Positions 23,031 to 33,183 of a DNA stretch of 64,000 nucleotides are shown here, piece by piece; position 1 is the stretch's first letter, and every line of letters starts with the position of its first letter. A program made the position numbers and the translations under genes. The notes under the pieces were generated by a model. That model did not search any database. It saw only the letters and a program-made list of their open reading frames with translations, and was not told the DNA's origin. The stretch is taken from assembly GCA_902610255.1 (NCBI GenBank), contig CACLUX010000004.1:5605-69604 (forward strand). The letters run 5' to 3'. The stretch comes from an uncultured Alphaproteobacteria bacterium (GTDB taxonomy: Bacteria; Pseudomonadota; Alphaproteobacteria; HIMB59).

Positions 23031-23627
23031 TTGGAATACATTTACTTTATGGCGCCCATACTCACTTTTGCAATGACTGCTGCCATTACACCGGGACCTA
23101 ATAACATAATTATATCAACAAACGCTGTTAATTATGGTTTTAAAGCAACAATTCCACTTATGTTAGGTGTCTTTTTTGGATTTTTATCAGTTTTAACTCT
23201 TTGCTTATTAGGAATAGGAGAGATTTATGAAAACTATCCTAATTTTAAAAATTTTATTAAAATAGTAGCTACAATCTTCTTAACTTATCTTGCTTATAAA
23301 ATTTTTATTTCAACTGAATTTTCAGACAATAATAATAAAAGAAGATTTACATTCAGAGATATTTATTTTTTTCAATTAATAAATCCTAAAGCTGTAAGTG
23401 TTTCCATGTCTAGCTCTGCAATTTTTATACAAAATAAATTCTCATATTTAGAGGAATTTATTTTAATCTTTATTTGTTTTATAATTTCAACATCAACTAG
23501 TGCTGTAGTTTGGGCTGCTATTGGACACTCATTTAGAAAATATCTTAACGATAAAAGAAAAATTATTTATTTTAATAGAGTCATGGCTCTATTGTTACTA
23601 GGCTGTGTTTTTTACATAATTTTATGA
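23031..23627 (+). CDS. LysE-family amino acid exporter
   Basis: ITPGPNN, FQLINPKA, multi-TM. Confidence 0.88.
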   Translation: MEYIYFMAPILTFAMTAAITPGPNNIIISTNAVNYGFKATIPLMLGVFFGFLSVLTLCLLGIGEIYENYPNFKNFIKIVATIFLTYLAYKIFISTEFSDNNNKRRFTFRDIYFFQLINPKAVSVSMSSSAIFIQNKFSYLEEFILIFICFIISTSTSAVVWAAIGHSFRKYLNDKRKIIYFNRVMALLLLGCVFYIIL

Positions 23628-25192
23628 CAGTCAATTTATTTAAATTATTTTTCTTTTTATTAATTAGTTTTCTACTACTTACCCCTATAGCCTTAGTTAT
23701 AACAAACGGTTTGAGTGCAATTTTTTTAACAAATGAGCTTTACATTAATAGATATTTAATTGGGTCTACAAAACTCATAGTAATGGTAAGTATTTTTACA
23801 ACAATCATCAGTGTGCCTTTGGCATGGATAAATACAATGACCGAATTTTGGGGGCGAAAATTTCTACAAATATTTGCAATACTTCCCTTAGCAGTTCCAG
23901 CCTATATTTCAGCATATACTTATGCCGAAATATTAGAGCCAGGAGGTTTTATATCTTTAAAATTTTTGTTATATGATGGTTTCTCAATAAGAAATAGTAT
24001 TGTGGCTTCGCTTATAATTTCTTTATCTTTTTTTCCATATGTTTATATCCTAACTAGGATCGCAATCATAAATTTCTCAACAAGATATATAGAGGCTGCA
24101 AAAACTCTTGGTAAAAATCCTTATCAATGTTTTTTTAAAATTGGTTTACCTATGGCCCTACCTGGAATAGCTGCGGGACTAGCGTTAGTTTTGATGGAAA
24201 CAGTAAATGATTTTGGTGTTGCAGATTTTTTTGGTTTACAAACACTTTCAGTTGGAGTTTTTCATTATATAGCAATATTAAATGACTTACCTTTAGCTTT
24301 CCTATTGGCCTTAATTATTATTTTAGTAATGGGTTTGTTATATTTTTTTGAGCAAAAATTAAGAGGTAAAAGGAAATTCAATAATAATAGTTATGAAAAT
24401 ATTCAGTGGTCAAAATATAAATTAGGAAAGTTCATTGGAATAATTGCATTAATCTTAGGAGTCTTACCTATTTTGTTTGGCTTCATTCTGCCTCTTATTT
24501 TTGTAATTTATACATTTTTAAATAATTTAAATTTTATTGATTTTAATAACTATTTTACCTCACTATATAATTCAATCATGCTTGGAGTTATTGCTGGAAT
24601 TGGATGTGCTATAATCTCAGTATTTATTAGTTTTTACTCAAGATTCACTAGTAAAAATTACATTATTTATTATAAAAAAATAATAAACATTGGGTATGCA
24701 ATACCAGGTGTAGTAATAGCATTAGGAGTGCTTTTCTTTTTATTTTATTTTGATCGATTAACAACATTATCTTTATCTACCACTTTATTAGGCTTGTCCT
24801 TAGCTCTGATAATTAGATTAATTGCTTTATCAAATAATTCTTTAGACTCAGGGATGGAAAAAATTGGAAAATCAATTGATGATGCCTCAAGATTAATTGG
24901 AAGAAAATCGTCAACGACATATTTTCGAATAATTTTGCCTCAGGTAAAGTTGAGTATATTAGCAGGATTTTTTTTAGTATTTGTCGATACTGTAAAAGAG
25001 CTACCTATTACTTTACTACTTAGACCTTTTAATTTTGATACACTTGCTACTAGCCTTTACGAATATTCATCAAATGAAATGTTTGAGTACGGAAGTTTGC
25101 ATGCTTTAACAATTATTTGTTTTCTTTCTATCGTAATTTATTTGTTCGATAACGTGCTAGAAAGAAGAATGTTGTCAAAGACGAAAAAATAA
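23624..25192 (+). CDS. Fe(III) ABC transporter permease (FbpB/FutB-like)
   Basis: Two permease repeats, LPLAVPAY, EAAKTLG, ETVNDFG, KELPITLLLRPFNFDTLA. Confidence 0.88.
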   Translation: MTVNLFKLFFFLLISFLLLTPIALVITNGLSAIFLTNELYINRYLIGSTKLIVMVSIFTTIISVPLAWINTMTEFWGRKFLQIFAILPLAVPAYISAYTYAEILEPGGFISLKFLLYDGFSIRNSIVASLIISLSFFPYVYILTRIAIINFSTRYIEAAKTLGKNPYQCFFKIGLPMALPGIAAGLALVLMETVNDFGVADFFGLQTLSVGVFHYIAILNDLPLAFLLALIIILVMGLLYFFEQKLRGKRKFNNNSYENIQWSKYKLGKFIGIIALILGVLPILFGFILPLIFVIYTFLNNLNFIDFNNYFTSLYNSIMLGVIAGIGCAIISVFISFYSRFTSKNYIIYYKKIINIGYAIPGVVIALGVLFFLFYFDRLTTLSLSTTLLGLSLALIIRLIALSNNSLDSGMEKIGKSIDDASRLIGRKSSTTYFRIILPQVKLSILAGFFLVFVDTVKELPITLLLRPFNFDTLATSLYEYSSNEMFEYGSLHALTIICFLSIVIYLFDNVLERRMLSKTKK

Positions 25193-25600
25193 TTATTTAA
25201 ATTTTTTCATTAACTTTAATGTTTCATCACTAACATGATGCTCAATACCTTCACTGTCATTTTCTGCAGTCTTTCTGGAGACACCTAACTTAATTAAGAA
25301 ATTATAAACAATTTCATGCTTTTGTTTTGACTGTGTGGCTAATTTTTCTCCCTTTTCTGTCAAAAAAATTGAGCGGTATGGTTCAGATTTTGCTAAATTA
25401 AAACTTATTAAACGCTTCAAATTTTTATTAACAGTAGCTTGTGACACACCAAAATGTTGAGCTAAATCAGCATTTTTAACATCACCTTTATTTTTTAAAA
25501 TTTCTTGAATAGCCTCAACATAATCCTCTAGTATTTCGTTCTTATTTTGACTTCTAATATTTGAAAATTGATATGGCTCACTAGATCTAGTGTTTTTCAT
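25193..25600 (-). CDS. mntR: DtxR/MntR-family manganese-responsive repressor
   Basis: EDYVEAI, GVSQATV HTH, DSEGIEHHVS metal site; divergent from a Mn transporter. Confidence 0.88.
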   Translation of the reverse strand: MKNTRSSEPYQFSNIRSQNKNEILEDYVEAIQEILKNKGDVKNADLAQHFGVSQATVNKNLKRLISFNLAKSEPYRSIFLTEKGEKLATQSKQKHEIVYNFLIKLGVSRKTAENDSEGIEHHVSDETLKLMKKFK

Positions 25601-25645
25601 AGCCGGTTCAATCTATTTTGTTAACAATTAAAAGTAAAGAATTGT

Positions 25646-25690
25646 TTGACTAATATTTAGTTATATCTATATTGTTTAGCCTAGGCTAAA
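25646..25690 (+). promoter_or_regulatory. sigma70 promoter (TTGACT-N16-TATATT) with a perfect 16-bp MntR/DtxR-type operator TTTAGCCTAGGCTAAA at 25675-25690
   Basis: Perfect palindrome just after the -10 and 3 nt before the ATG; degenerate second copy TTTAGTTATATCTATA at 25656-25671. Confidence 0.75.
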
Positions 25691-25693
25691 AAT

Positions 25694-26821
25694 ATGACAG
25701 AATTAGTATTAGAATTAAGTAGAAAATTTCAATATTTAAGATTTTCAAAAATTTTCCTCTTTATATGTATTCTCCTTCTTTTATTTGCTGAACAGACTAG
25801 AAGTATTTTAATTTCATCATCGAGTGACGCCTACATAGCTGTATCTAGCTTTGTTGGAGTGACACTTCTTCTATTCGTTATTCTTGAAAAGAGAAATTTT
25901 AATTTACAAAAATTAATTGTACAAAATAAGAAATTTGAAATTCCCATTTGCTCGATTTTAGGAGTTATACCTGGTTGTGGTGGAGCAATAATGGTAATGA
26001 GCCTTTTCACTAGAAAAGTAGTTTCTTTTGGAGGTGTGCTCGCTGCACTTATTAGTACTATGGGCGATGCAGCTTTTCTTCTAATTGCAACAAAACCCCA
26101 GGCTGCTTTAATCATACTACCAGTAACTTTTATAGTTGGTATAATATCTGGATATGTTGCTCAACCTTTTACAAAAAATTTTTTACAAAATAAAATTAAT
26201 AAGAATGTAAATACAACCCATTTACCTAAAAACAAAATATCAAATAAGTTTTATTATATTTGGTTTTTGTTTTTAGCTCCTGGATTTATTTTGGGAATGT
26301 TAAATGCTTTTAACATTGAACTAAACTTTAATTTTATTGGAATTAATGTGGTTGAAGTAATGGCATTTATTTTGGCGATATATTGTGTCTTGTTGTGGGT
26401 TTTGAATCCATTAACAGATATTCAAATGGCTTCAATACATGAAAATTCCTATAGAAAAGTTGTAGATACAACTTGCTTTGTTACTGTTTGGGTAATTATT
26501 TCATTTGTTGTCTACGAATTAATTGATTTATCAACTAAAGGTTTAATATTTGAATCATTAATACTATTTGGTCCATTTATTCCACTTATGGCTATACTGA
26601 TTGGTTTTATTCCTGGCTGTGGTCCTCAAATTATGATCACATCCATGTATGTGAGTGGTCAAATTCCTATGTCCGCACAAATAGGAAACTCTATATCTAA
26701 CGACGGTGATGCACTTTTCCCTGCGATAGCTATATCTGCAAAGGCAGCAATAGTTGCAACACTCTACAGTGCGATCCCAGCTATTATAATTGCTTATCTC
26801 TGGTATTACCTTATAGGTTAA
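25694..26821 (+). CDS. Putative manganese transporter (MntX/DUF2899 family)
   Basis: Duplicated IPGCG motifs, STMGDAAF and ISNDGDALFP; divergent from mntR. Confidence 0.82.
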   Translation: MTELVLELSRKFQYLRFSKIFLFICILLLLFAEQTRSILISSSSDAYIAVSSFVGVTLLLFVILEKRNFNLQKLIVQNKKFEIPICSILGVIPGCGGAIMVMSLFTRKVVSFGGVLAALISTMGDAAFLLIATKPQAALIILPVTFIVGIISGYVAQPFTKNFLQNKINKNVNTTHLPKNKISNKFYYIWFLFLAPGFILGMLNAFNIELNFNFIGINVVEVMAFILAIYCVLLWVLNPLTDIQMASIHENSYRKVVDTTCFVTVWVIISFVVYELIDLSTKGLIFESLILFGPFIPLMAILIGFIPGCGPQIMITSMYVSGQIPMSAQIGNSISNDGDALFPAIAISAKAAIVATLYSAIPAIIIAYLWYYLIG

Positions 26822-26844
26822 ATACTAAATATTAATTAATCGAT

Positions 26845-27414
26845 ATGATTTGGAAGAATTTACATATATATGTTGAAAAAAAATCTAAATCAAAATATTC
26901 ACAATATTTTTTATCTTTAGTTGCTTTTATAGAAAGTATTTTTTTTCCAATTCCTCCTGATTTAATTTTAATACCAATTGTTTATTTTAACCCTAAAAAG
27001 TTTTTAGCGACTGCACTCAATTGTACGATATTTTCAGTCATTGGTGGAGCTTTTGGATATATCATAGGGTATTTCATTTTTGATATTGCCCAATCTTATT
27101 TTGATATAAGCAAGCAGGGTGCATTTATGAATTTTTATAATGATTGGGGTATTTTTGCAGTTTTTTTGGGTGGTTTTACACCTATACCTTACAAAGTTAT
27201 AGCTTTAACAAGTGGATATGCTCAATTTAATTTTATCTATTTTATACTCCTTTCATTGTTATCTAGGGGGTTGAGGTTTTTTATTATTGCTTTTATCATT
27301 AAACAATTTGGAAAATTAGGTATGGAAATTTTACAAAGAAATAAACTATTAATTTTTATAATCATACCTCTTGGAATAGTCTTTTTTATTTATTTATTTT
27401 TTTATCATGATTAA
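26845..27414 (+). CDS. YqaA/DedA-family membrane protein
   Basis: FIESIFFPIPPD, FTPIPYKV, SRGLRF. Confidence 0.88.
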   Translation: MIWKNLHIYVEKKSKSKYSQYFLSLVAFIESIFFPIPPDLILIPIVYFNPKKFLATALNCTIFSVIGGAFGYIIGYFIFDIAQSYFDISKQGAFMNFYNDWGIFAVFLGGFTPIPYKVIALTSGYAQFNFIYFILLSLLSRGLRFFIIAFIIKQFGKLGMEILQRNKLLIFIIIPLGIVFFIYLFFYHD

Positions 27415-27877
27415 AAAAACTTATATTTTATTTCTTGTTTTTTTGTTTTCGCTTGTAGCTATGTCTTTTGCTTTAATAATACAATATGCATATGGTCATA
27501 GCCCATGTAAATTGTGTGTATATCAACGAGTTCCATATTATTCAATTTTGATATTGGGTGTATTTTATTTTTTTATTAAGAGATATTTCAATTTAATTTA
27601 TATATTACTAACTATCTTACTTCTTATTGAATTAGGAATTTCCGGTTATCATTCTCTTACAACATTTGGAATAATTGAGTACACCGGATGTGAAGCTGCC
27701 ACGCTTCCAAATGATGTTACAAAATTAAAAGAAGAATTAATGTCTAATACATTAATTACCACATGCTCTGATGCAAACTTACCTTACTTTGGTATTCCAT
27801 TATCAGTTTATAACTTCTTGTTTTCAATGACTTTTCTGTTATTAATTATTTTCAATGCCTACAAAAAAGAAAAGTAA
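27407..27877 (+). CDS. dsbB: Disulfide bond formation protein B
   Basis: PCKLCVYQR plus a second Cys pair. Confidence 0.9.
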   Translation: MIKKTYILFLVFLFSLVAMSFALIIQYAYGHSPCKLCVYQRVPYYSILILGVFYFFIKRYFNLIYILLTILLLIELGISGYHSLTTFGIIEYTGCEAATLPNDVTKLKEELMSNTLITTCSDANLPYFGIPLSVYNFLFSMTFLLLIIFNAYKKEK

Positions 27878-28412
27878 ATCACTGAGCGGTGAAGATAAAA
27901 AATTAATTGAAGAAATTATCAGAGTTGATCACGCAGGTGAGCATGGAGCAACGCAAATATATCGAGGACAATTAGCTATTTTTAAAGAAAACACAGAATT
28001 TGGTAAAGAAATTAAGGAGATGGCTGACCAAGAAGAAATCCACAAATCTACTTTTGATGAGTACATAGTAAAAGAGAATGTAAAACCAACCGCTTTATTT
28101 CCATTTTGGAATTTAGCAGGTTATGCCCTTGGATTAGGCACTGCATTAATGGGGAAAAAAGCTGCAATGGCATGTACCGTTGCTGTTGAAGAGGTCATCG
28201 GTCAACACTATGAGGAACAAGCCAAGGAACTATCTAAAAGAAAATTAAAACCAGATTTATTGAAGACTGTAAAAAAGTTTAGAGAAGATGAGCTAGAACA
28301 TCATGATACAGGTGTTGAACACCAGGCAGAAATGACAACTGGGTATGTTCTTTTGTCTAAAACAATAAAACAGCTATGCTATACAGCGATAAAAATAACT
28401 AAAAAATATTAA
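27855..28412 (+). CDS. coq7: Demethoxyubiquinone hydroxylase (di-iron)
   Basis: IRVDHAGEHGA, EEIH, CTVAVEEVIGQHY, DELEHHD. Confidence 0.95.
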   Translation: MPTKKKSKSLSGEDKKLIEEIIRVDHAGEHGATQIYRGQLAIFKENTEFGKEIKEMADQEEIHKSTFDEYIVKENVKPTALFPFWNLAGYALGLGTALMGKKAAMACTVAVEEVIGQHYEEQAKELSKRKLKPDLLKTVKKFREDELEHHDTGVEHQAEMTTGYVLLSKTIKQLCYTAIKITKKY

Positions 28413-28969
28413 TCCTTCTCTAAGACACTATCCCAATATAAATAATCTCTCCAACTTGAATGAAGATAATCAGAGGGGAAATTTTTACTTTTTAATCTTA
28501 AAGAATATTGAGAGGGTTCTTTAGGTTTTCTAAGCAATTTAAAACCAACTTGACTTAAATCCCTACTCCCTTTGGTCCAATTACATTTTGAACATGCAGT
28601 CACAACGTTCTCCCAATTTGTCAATCCACCTTTTGAACGAGGTATTAAATGATCGAAAGTTAATTCTTTTGTTGAAAATTTATCATTGCAATATTGACAT
28701 GTGAAATCATCTCTCAAAAAAACATTAAATCTTGTAAATGCAGGTTTATGACTATGTGGTATGTAATCTTTGAGTGCGATAATGCTAGGGAGTTTTATTT
28801 CAAAAGATGGGGATGAAACCTTTTGATCATATTCTTCAACTATATTAACTCTATCAAGAAAAACCGCTTTTACCGTATCTTTCCAACTCCATATAGATAA
28901 GGGGAAATAGCTAAGAGGCCGGTAGTCTGCATTTAATACTAAAGATGGACAATGATTCGAGTTAATCAT
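28409..28969 (-). CDS. HNH endonuclease (McrA-like, stand-alone)
   Basis: LVLNADYRPL, CQYC...DHLIPRSKGG...WENVVTACSKCN. Confidence 0.92.
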   Translation of the reverse strand: MINSNHCPSLVLNADYRPLSYFPLSIWSWKDTVKAVFLDRVNIVEEYDQKVSSPSFEIKLPSIIALKDYIPHSHKPAFTRFNVFLRDDFTCQYCNDKFSTKELTFDHLIPRSKGGLTNWENVVTACSKCNWTKGSRDLSQVGFKLLRKPKEPSQYSLRLKSKNFPSDYLHSSWRDYLYWDSVLEKD

Positions 28970-29014
28970 GATTTAATATTAACATATCTAAAAAAGAGTA
29001 TTTTTAATAGTTTA

Positions 29015-29620
29015 TTAATTCCAGTGTTCATACAGCTTGTTAATTTCATCTAAAGCAATTGGGCTAATTGAATGTGCACAGTTGTCATCTAAAACCAGTT
29101 TACTAGAAAATTTTTTTGATTCCAAAAACGAATTTGTCTCAACTGCCCTATTAAATGGTACGACATCGTCCATTTTTCCATGAAAAATTAAAAAACTAGA
29201 TTTGATTTCAGATATTTTCAAATCATTTAAAATTTCTTTTGGTAATGATCCTGATAATGAAATGATACTGTGAAAATTTAAATTTTTTTGTAGAGCATAA
29301 TATGTCGCCAACATAGAGCCCTGAGAGAAACCAATGATAGAAATCTGAGTTTCATCAACTGAGTGTTCATGAATTATTTTTTCAATTATTTTTTCAAGAT
29401 GAAAGAAGGCTGATTTTAAGCCTTCTTTTAATTCTTCAATTGATCTCTCTTTTAATGGAAACCACTGATACCCAAAATAATTGAATTCACAGGGCTCCGG
29501 GGCATTAGGAGATATAAACTCAGTTTCTTCTTTTTCCATAGATATATAATCTTTTAAGGAAATTAGGTCATTTCCATTAGACCCATAACCATGCAAAAAT
29601 AATACAATTTTCTTCATCAA
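29015..29620 (-). CDS. Phospholipase/carboxylesterase (alpha/beta hydrolase)
   Basis: LHGYGSNG, GFSQG, HGKMDDVVP, AHSI. Confidence 0.9.
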   Translation of the reverse strand: MMKKIVLFLHGYGSNGNDLISLKDYISMEKEETEFISPNAPEPCEFNYFGYQWFPLKERSIEELKEGLKSAFFHLEKIIEKIIHEHSVDETQISIIGFSQGSMLATYYALQKNLNFHSIISLSGSLPKEILNDLKISEIKSSFLIFHGKMDDVVPFNRAVETNSFLESKKFSSKLVLDDNCAHSISPIALDEINKLYEHWN

Positions 29621-29674
29621 TTCTTCTAAAATTTAATAATTAGACATTTATAGATAATTTGATAACTATTTACC

Positions 29675-29875
29675 ATGTTTTCATCTACTGTATTGCCTTT
29701 TGTTTTAGTTGTATCCATGATTTTAGCTCTTTTAATGGTTGTAATTGGTGTAATAGCTATGGCTAAAAATGGAAGTTTTAATAAAAAACACAGTAACAAA
29801 CTTATGCGAATGAGAGTATTGTTTCAAGGTATTGCTGTTTTAGTATTCGCTGCGATAATATATTTATCAAGATAA
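29675..29875 (+). CDS. HIG1-domain twin-TM small protein
   Basis: SNKLMRMRVLFQG. Confidence 0.88.
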   Translation: MFSSTVLPFVLVVSMILALLMVVIGVIAMAKNGSFNKKHSNKLMRMRVLFQGIAVLVFAAIIYLSR

Positions 29876-29892
29876 TTTAAATTACTAAAATC

Positions 29893-31284
29893 ATGAATAA
29901 GAAAAGTAAAATACTATCAACCACAATTAATAAAAGCACTTCCAGTTTAATGGATGATTTTAATAGCTCAATTGATATTGATAAAAGATTAATTGAAGAG
30001 GATATTGCCGTTACAAGTGCACATGTAAAAGCTTTAGTAAAACTAAAAGTTATTTCAAAAAAAGAAGCTCTTACTATTCAAAAAGGATTAAATTCAATAT
30101 TGAATGATAATAAAAAAGGTAGACTAAAATTTTCAAAAAAAAATGAGGATATTCACATGAATGTAGAGTCTTTCCTCAATAAAAAAATAGGTAATGTAGC
30201 TAATAAGATACATACTGGAAGGTCTCGTAATGATCAGGTAGCAACTGATACTAGATTATGGACAATTAAAGCCTCCAAAAATTTACAAGAAGAAATCAAG
30301 AATTTAATGAAGTCTATTTTAAATCAAGCTCGTGGAAATGAAAAAACTATTATTCCTGGATTTACTCATTTGCAAGTGGCACAACCTGTATCTTTGGCTC
30401 ATCACCTAATTGCATATTTAGAGATGTTTAAAAGAGACTTAAATTATTTTGATTTTTGTATAGATAACAGCGATGAAAATGTATTAGGCAGTGCTGCTTT
30501 AGCAGGTAGTAATTATAACTTAGATATAGGTTTACTAAATAAAAGTTTACATTTTTCAAAATCTAAAAATAATTCTATGGATGGTGTAAGTGATCGTGAT
30601 TTTTGCATGTATTTTCTACATGCTAGTTCTTTAACTGCGACGCATTTAAGTAAATTATCATCTGAGCTAATTTTATGGTCTAGTAATTTCATGAAGTTAT
30701 TTAATATAAGTAGTGAATATTCTACAGGTAGTTCCATAATGCCTCAAAAAAGAAATCCCGACTCATTAGAACTTGTAAGATCAAAAACGAATAGCATTAG
30801 AATTAAGTCAATAGAACTCTCAAATATCGTTTCAAACCTTCCTTTAACTTATTTTAAAGATTTTCAGGAGGATAAAAGGATAATATTTGATTGTTATGAT
30901 GAGTTATTAAGCTGTATTAAAATTATGGAAGAAGTTATAAAAAAATCTAATTTTGAAAAATCTATTGGAAGAGATTTATGCAATAATTATTTTGCTACAG
31001 CTACAGATTTAGCAGACTATCTAGTTATAGAAAAGAAAATACCTTTCAGAGACTCTTATAAAATTATTGCTGATATAGTAAATTATGCTCAGAAAAAAAA
31101 TAAAAATCTCTCACAAATAAAAATTGATGAATACCAAAAATTTCAAAAATCAATTGATAAAAATATTTATAAATACGTTGATATAAATAACAGTCTTTCA
31201 AGAAAAAAAACACCCATGAGCTCTAATCCAAAAGATGTTTCTAGAGTGATTAAAAAATATATTAAATTTCTTAGAGTAAGATGA
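29893..31284 (+). CDS. argH: Argininosuccinate lyase
   Basis: HTGRSRNDQV, GFTHLQ, GSSIMPQKRNPD. Confidence 0.97.
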   Translation: MNKKSKILSTTINKSTSSLMDDFNSSIDIDKRLIEEDIAVTSAHVKALVKLKVISKKEALTIQKGLNSILNDNKKGRLKFSKKNEDIHMNVESFLNKKIGNVANKIHTGRSRNDQVATDTRLWTIKASKNLQEEIKNLMKSILNQARGNEKTIIPGFTHLQVAQPVSLAHHLIAYLEMFKRDLNYFDFCIDNSDENVLGSAALAGSNYNLDIGLLNKSLHFSKSKNNSMDGVSDRDFCMYFLHASSLTATHLSKLSSELILWSSNFMKLFNISSEYSTGSSIMPQKRNPDSLELVRSKTNSIRIKSIELSNIVSNLPLTYFKDFQEDKRIIFDCYDELLSCIKIMEEVIKKSNFEKSIGRDLCNNYFATATDLADYLVIEKKIPFRDSYKIIADIVNYAQKKNKNLSQIKIDEYQKFQKSIDKNIYKYVDINNSLSRKKTPMSSNPKDVSRVIKKYIKFLRVR

Positions 31285-31430
31285 TCAAGTTTTTATTAAT
31301 AATATTATTACCCATATTTATTATTGGCTGTGGAAACCAAAAACCTAATAAATTACCAGAGGGTGTTGTAGATAAATCTCAATATCCATTTCCTCCTAAT
31401 GATGACTATGATTACCCTGAGAGCGAATAA
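31281..31430 (+). CDS. 49-aa lipoprotein between argH and lysA (LptM/YifL/LppL-like); absent from the ORF track
   Basis: MIKFLLIILLPIFIIG-C-GNQKPNKLPEGVVDKSQYPFPPNDDYDYPESE*. ATGA overlap with the argH stop and TAATG overlap with the lysA start. Confidence 0.8.
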   Translation: MIKFLLIILLPIFIIGCGNQKPNKLPEGVVDKSQYPFPPNDDYDYPESE

Positions 31431-32617
31431 TGCTGGATAAAATATTAAAAGAGTTTTCTAGTCCTTTTTATCTTTATGATGAGGATAAAATTAAAGATAA
31501 AATAAGTTTTCTAAATAATTTAGAATTAGAATTTCCTAGAAAATTTAATTTTGCTGTCAAAGCTAATCCTAACCTTGCAATTTTAAACCTTATTCATCGT
31601 TGTGGTTTTGGTGCTGAAGTTGTCTCTGCTGGTGAACTATTTAAATCATTGAAAGCCGGGTTTGAACCTGAGGATATTATATTTGATGGGCCTGGAAAAA
31701 CTGATTTCGATTTAAAGTATGCAATCACTCAGAAAGTTCACTCTATAAATGTTGAAAATATTGAGGAAGTTGAATTTATTAATGATTACTCTTTAAGTAA
31801 GGGGCTAAAAACAAATATTGGTATCAGAATAAACCCTGATATTGATGGGTCGACCATGGATAAGATTACTACTGGTTTATCAGGAGGTAAATTCGGTATT
31901 TCAATTGATCAAATTGACTTTGATACAATCTCTAATTTAGAGGGGGTAAACTTAAAAACACTCTCTGTTCATATAGGAAGTCAAATAACAGATTATCAGA
32001 AGTTACTTAGTTCATATGAAAATCTAATCAAAATTGCAGATGAGCAAAATCTTAAAAATAATATAAATATTGATACTTTAGATTTTGGTGGAGGATTTGC
32101 TGTCCTTGATCACTCAGATAAAGAAATCAATTTTGATGGTTGGAAAAATAATTGTAACAAAATACTTAGTGGTAAAAATTATAATATTATTTTTGAACCT
32201 GGAAGATTTATAGTAGCTGATAGCTGTGAACTTATTAGTAAAGTTTTATATATAAAAAATAGTGGCAATAAGAAAATTGCTATTATTGACTGTTCATTTT
32301 CGGAATACATTCGTCCAGCTTTGTATGACATAAAGCCTCCAATAAAAGTTTTAAACAACTCAAAGGATGTTGAAATTTATGATATCGCAGGTGGAATTTG
32401 TGAGTCTACTGATTATTTTGTAAAAGATATTGAACTCCCCAAGATAGAAGTTGGAGATAATATAGTATTTATGAATGTTGGTGCTTACGGATCCTCTATG
32501 TCCTCAACTTATAATAGTCGACCTCGACCTTTAGAGGTATTGTTCAACAAAGATGAGTATCGTGTAATCCGATCTCGTGATACCTTAGAAGATCTATGTA
32601 AAAATGAGATCATGTAA
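31430..32617 (+). CDS. lysA: Diaminopimelate decarboxylase
   Basis: FAVKAN, HIGSQ, DFGGGF, EPGRF, ICESTD, GAYG. Confidence 0.95.
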   Translation: MLDKILKEFSSPFYLYDEDKIKDKISFLNNLELEFPRKFNFAVKANPNLAILNLIHRCGFGAEVVSAGELFKSLKAGFEPEDIIFDGPGKTDFDLKYAITQKVHSINVENIEEVEFINDYSLSKGLKTNIGIRINPDIDGSTMDKITTGLSGGKFGISIDQIDFDTISNLEGVNLKTLSVHIGSQITDYQKLLSSYENLIKIADEQNLKNNINIDTLDFGGGFAVLDHSDKEINFDGWKNNCNKILSGKNYNIIFEPGRFIVADSCELISKVLYIKNSGNKKIAIIDCSFSEYIRPALYDIKPPIKVLNNSKDVEIYDIAGGICESTDYFVKDIELPKIEVGDNIVFMNVGAYGSSMSSTYNSRPRPLEVLFNKDEYRVIRSRDTLEDLCKNEIM

Positions 32618-33183
32618 TGATAATATTTTTAAAGCGCGTAAATATTATAATCGCCTTAATTGTATTATTTTTAACTCTTGGTTTAATTAAATTTAAAAAT
32701 AACTTATCTCATGATCCTGTAAGTAACTTTAATGTTGATGCGATTGTTGTATTAACAGGGGGAAAAGGAGAGAGAATAATTGAGGGTTATAAACAAATAG
32801 AAAAATCTAATCAAAATAAGTTGTTTATTTCTGGTGTTGATAATACCTTTAATTCAGAAGTTGTATTAGTGAATATTCTTAACTTTGATCAAAACATTGT
32901 TGAATGTTGTATTGAGGTTGGATATTTATCAAAAAATACATATGAAAATGCATTAGAAACAAGATATTGGGCCTTAGAAAAAAAAATAAAATCGATTTTA
33001 TTAATTACTTCAGATTTACATATGCAACGTGCAGAATTTTTATTTAATCAACTATCAGGTTTGAAAGTAACTCCTTATTCTGTAAGCAATAGTGATATAG
33101 TCATCCCTTTTGAAAAATTGGTAGAGGAATACATTAAGTTAATTGTCTCAAAATTAGTTTTTATAAAAAAATATGAAATTTAG
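32617..33183 (+). CDS. YdcF/DUF218 protein
   Basis: IVVLTGG, NTYENA, ITSDLHMQRA, EYIK. Confidence 0.88.
   Translation: MIIFLKRVNIIIALIVLFLTLGLIKFKNNLSHDPVSNFNVDAIVVLTGGKGERIIEGYKQIEKSNQNKLFISGVDNTFNSEVVLVNILNFDQNIVECCIEVGYLSKNTYENALETRYWALEKKIKSILLITSDLHMQRAEFLFNQLSGLKVTPYSVSNSDIVIPFEKLVEEYIKLIVSKLVFIKKYEI

Noticed and set aside
28409-28969. HNH nuclease as a mobile, Cas or restriction component
   Set aside because: Stand-alone gene among core genes, with no repeats, methyltransferase or intron features
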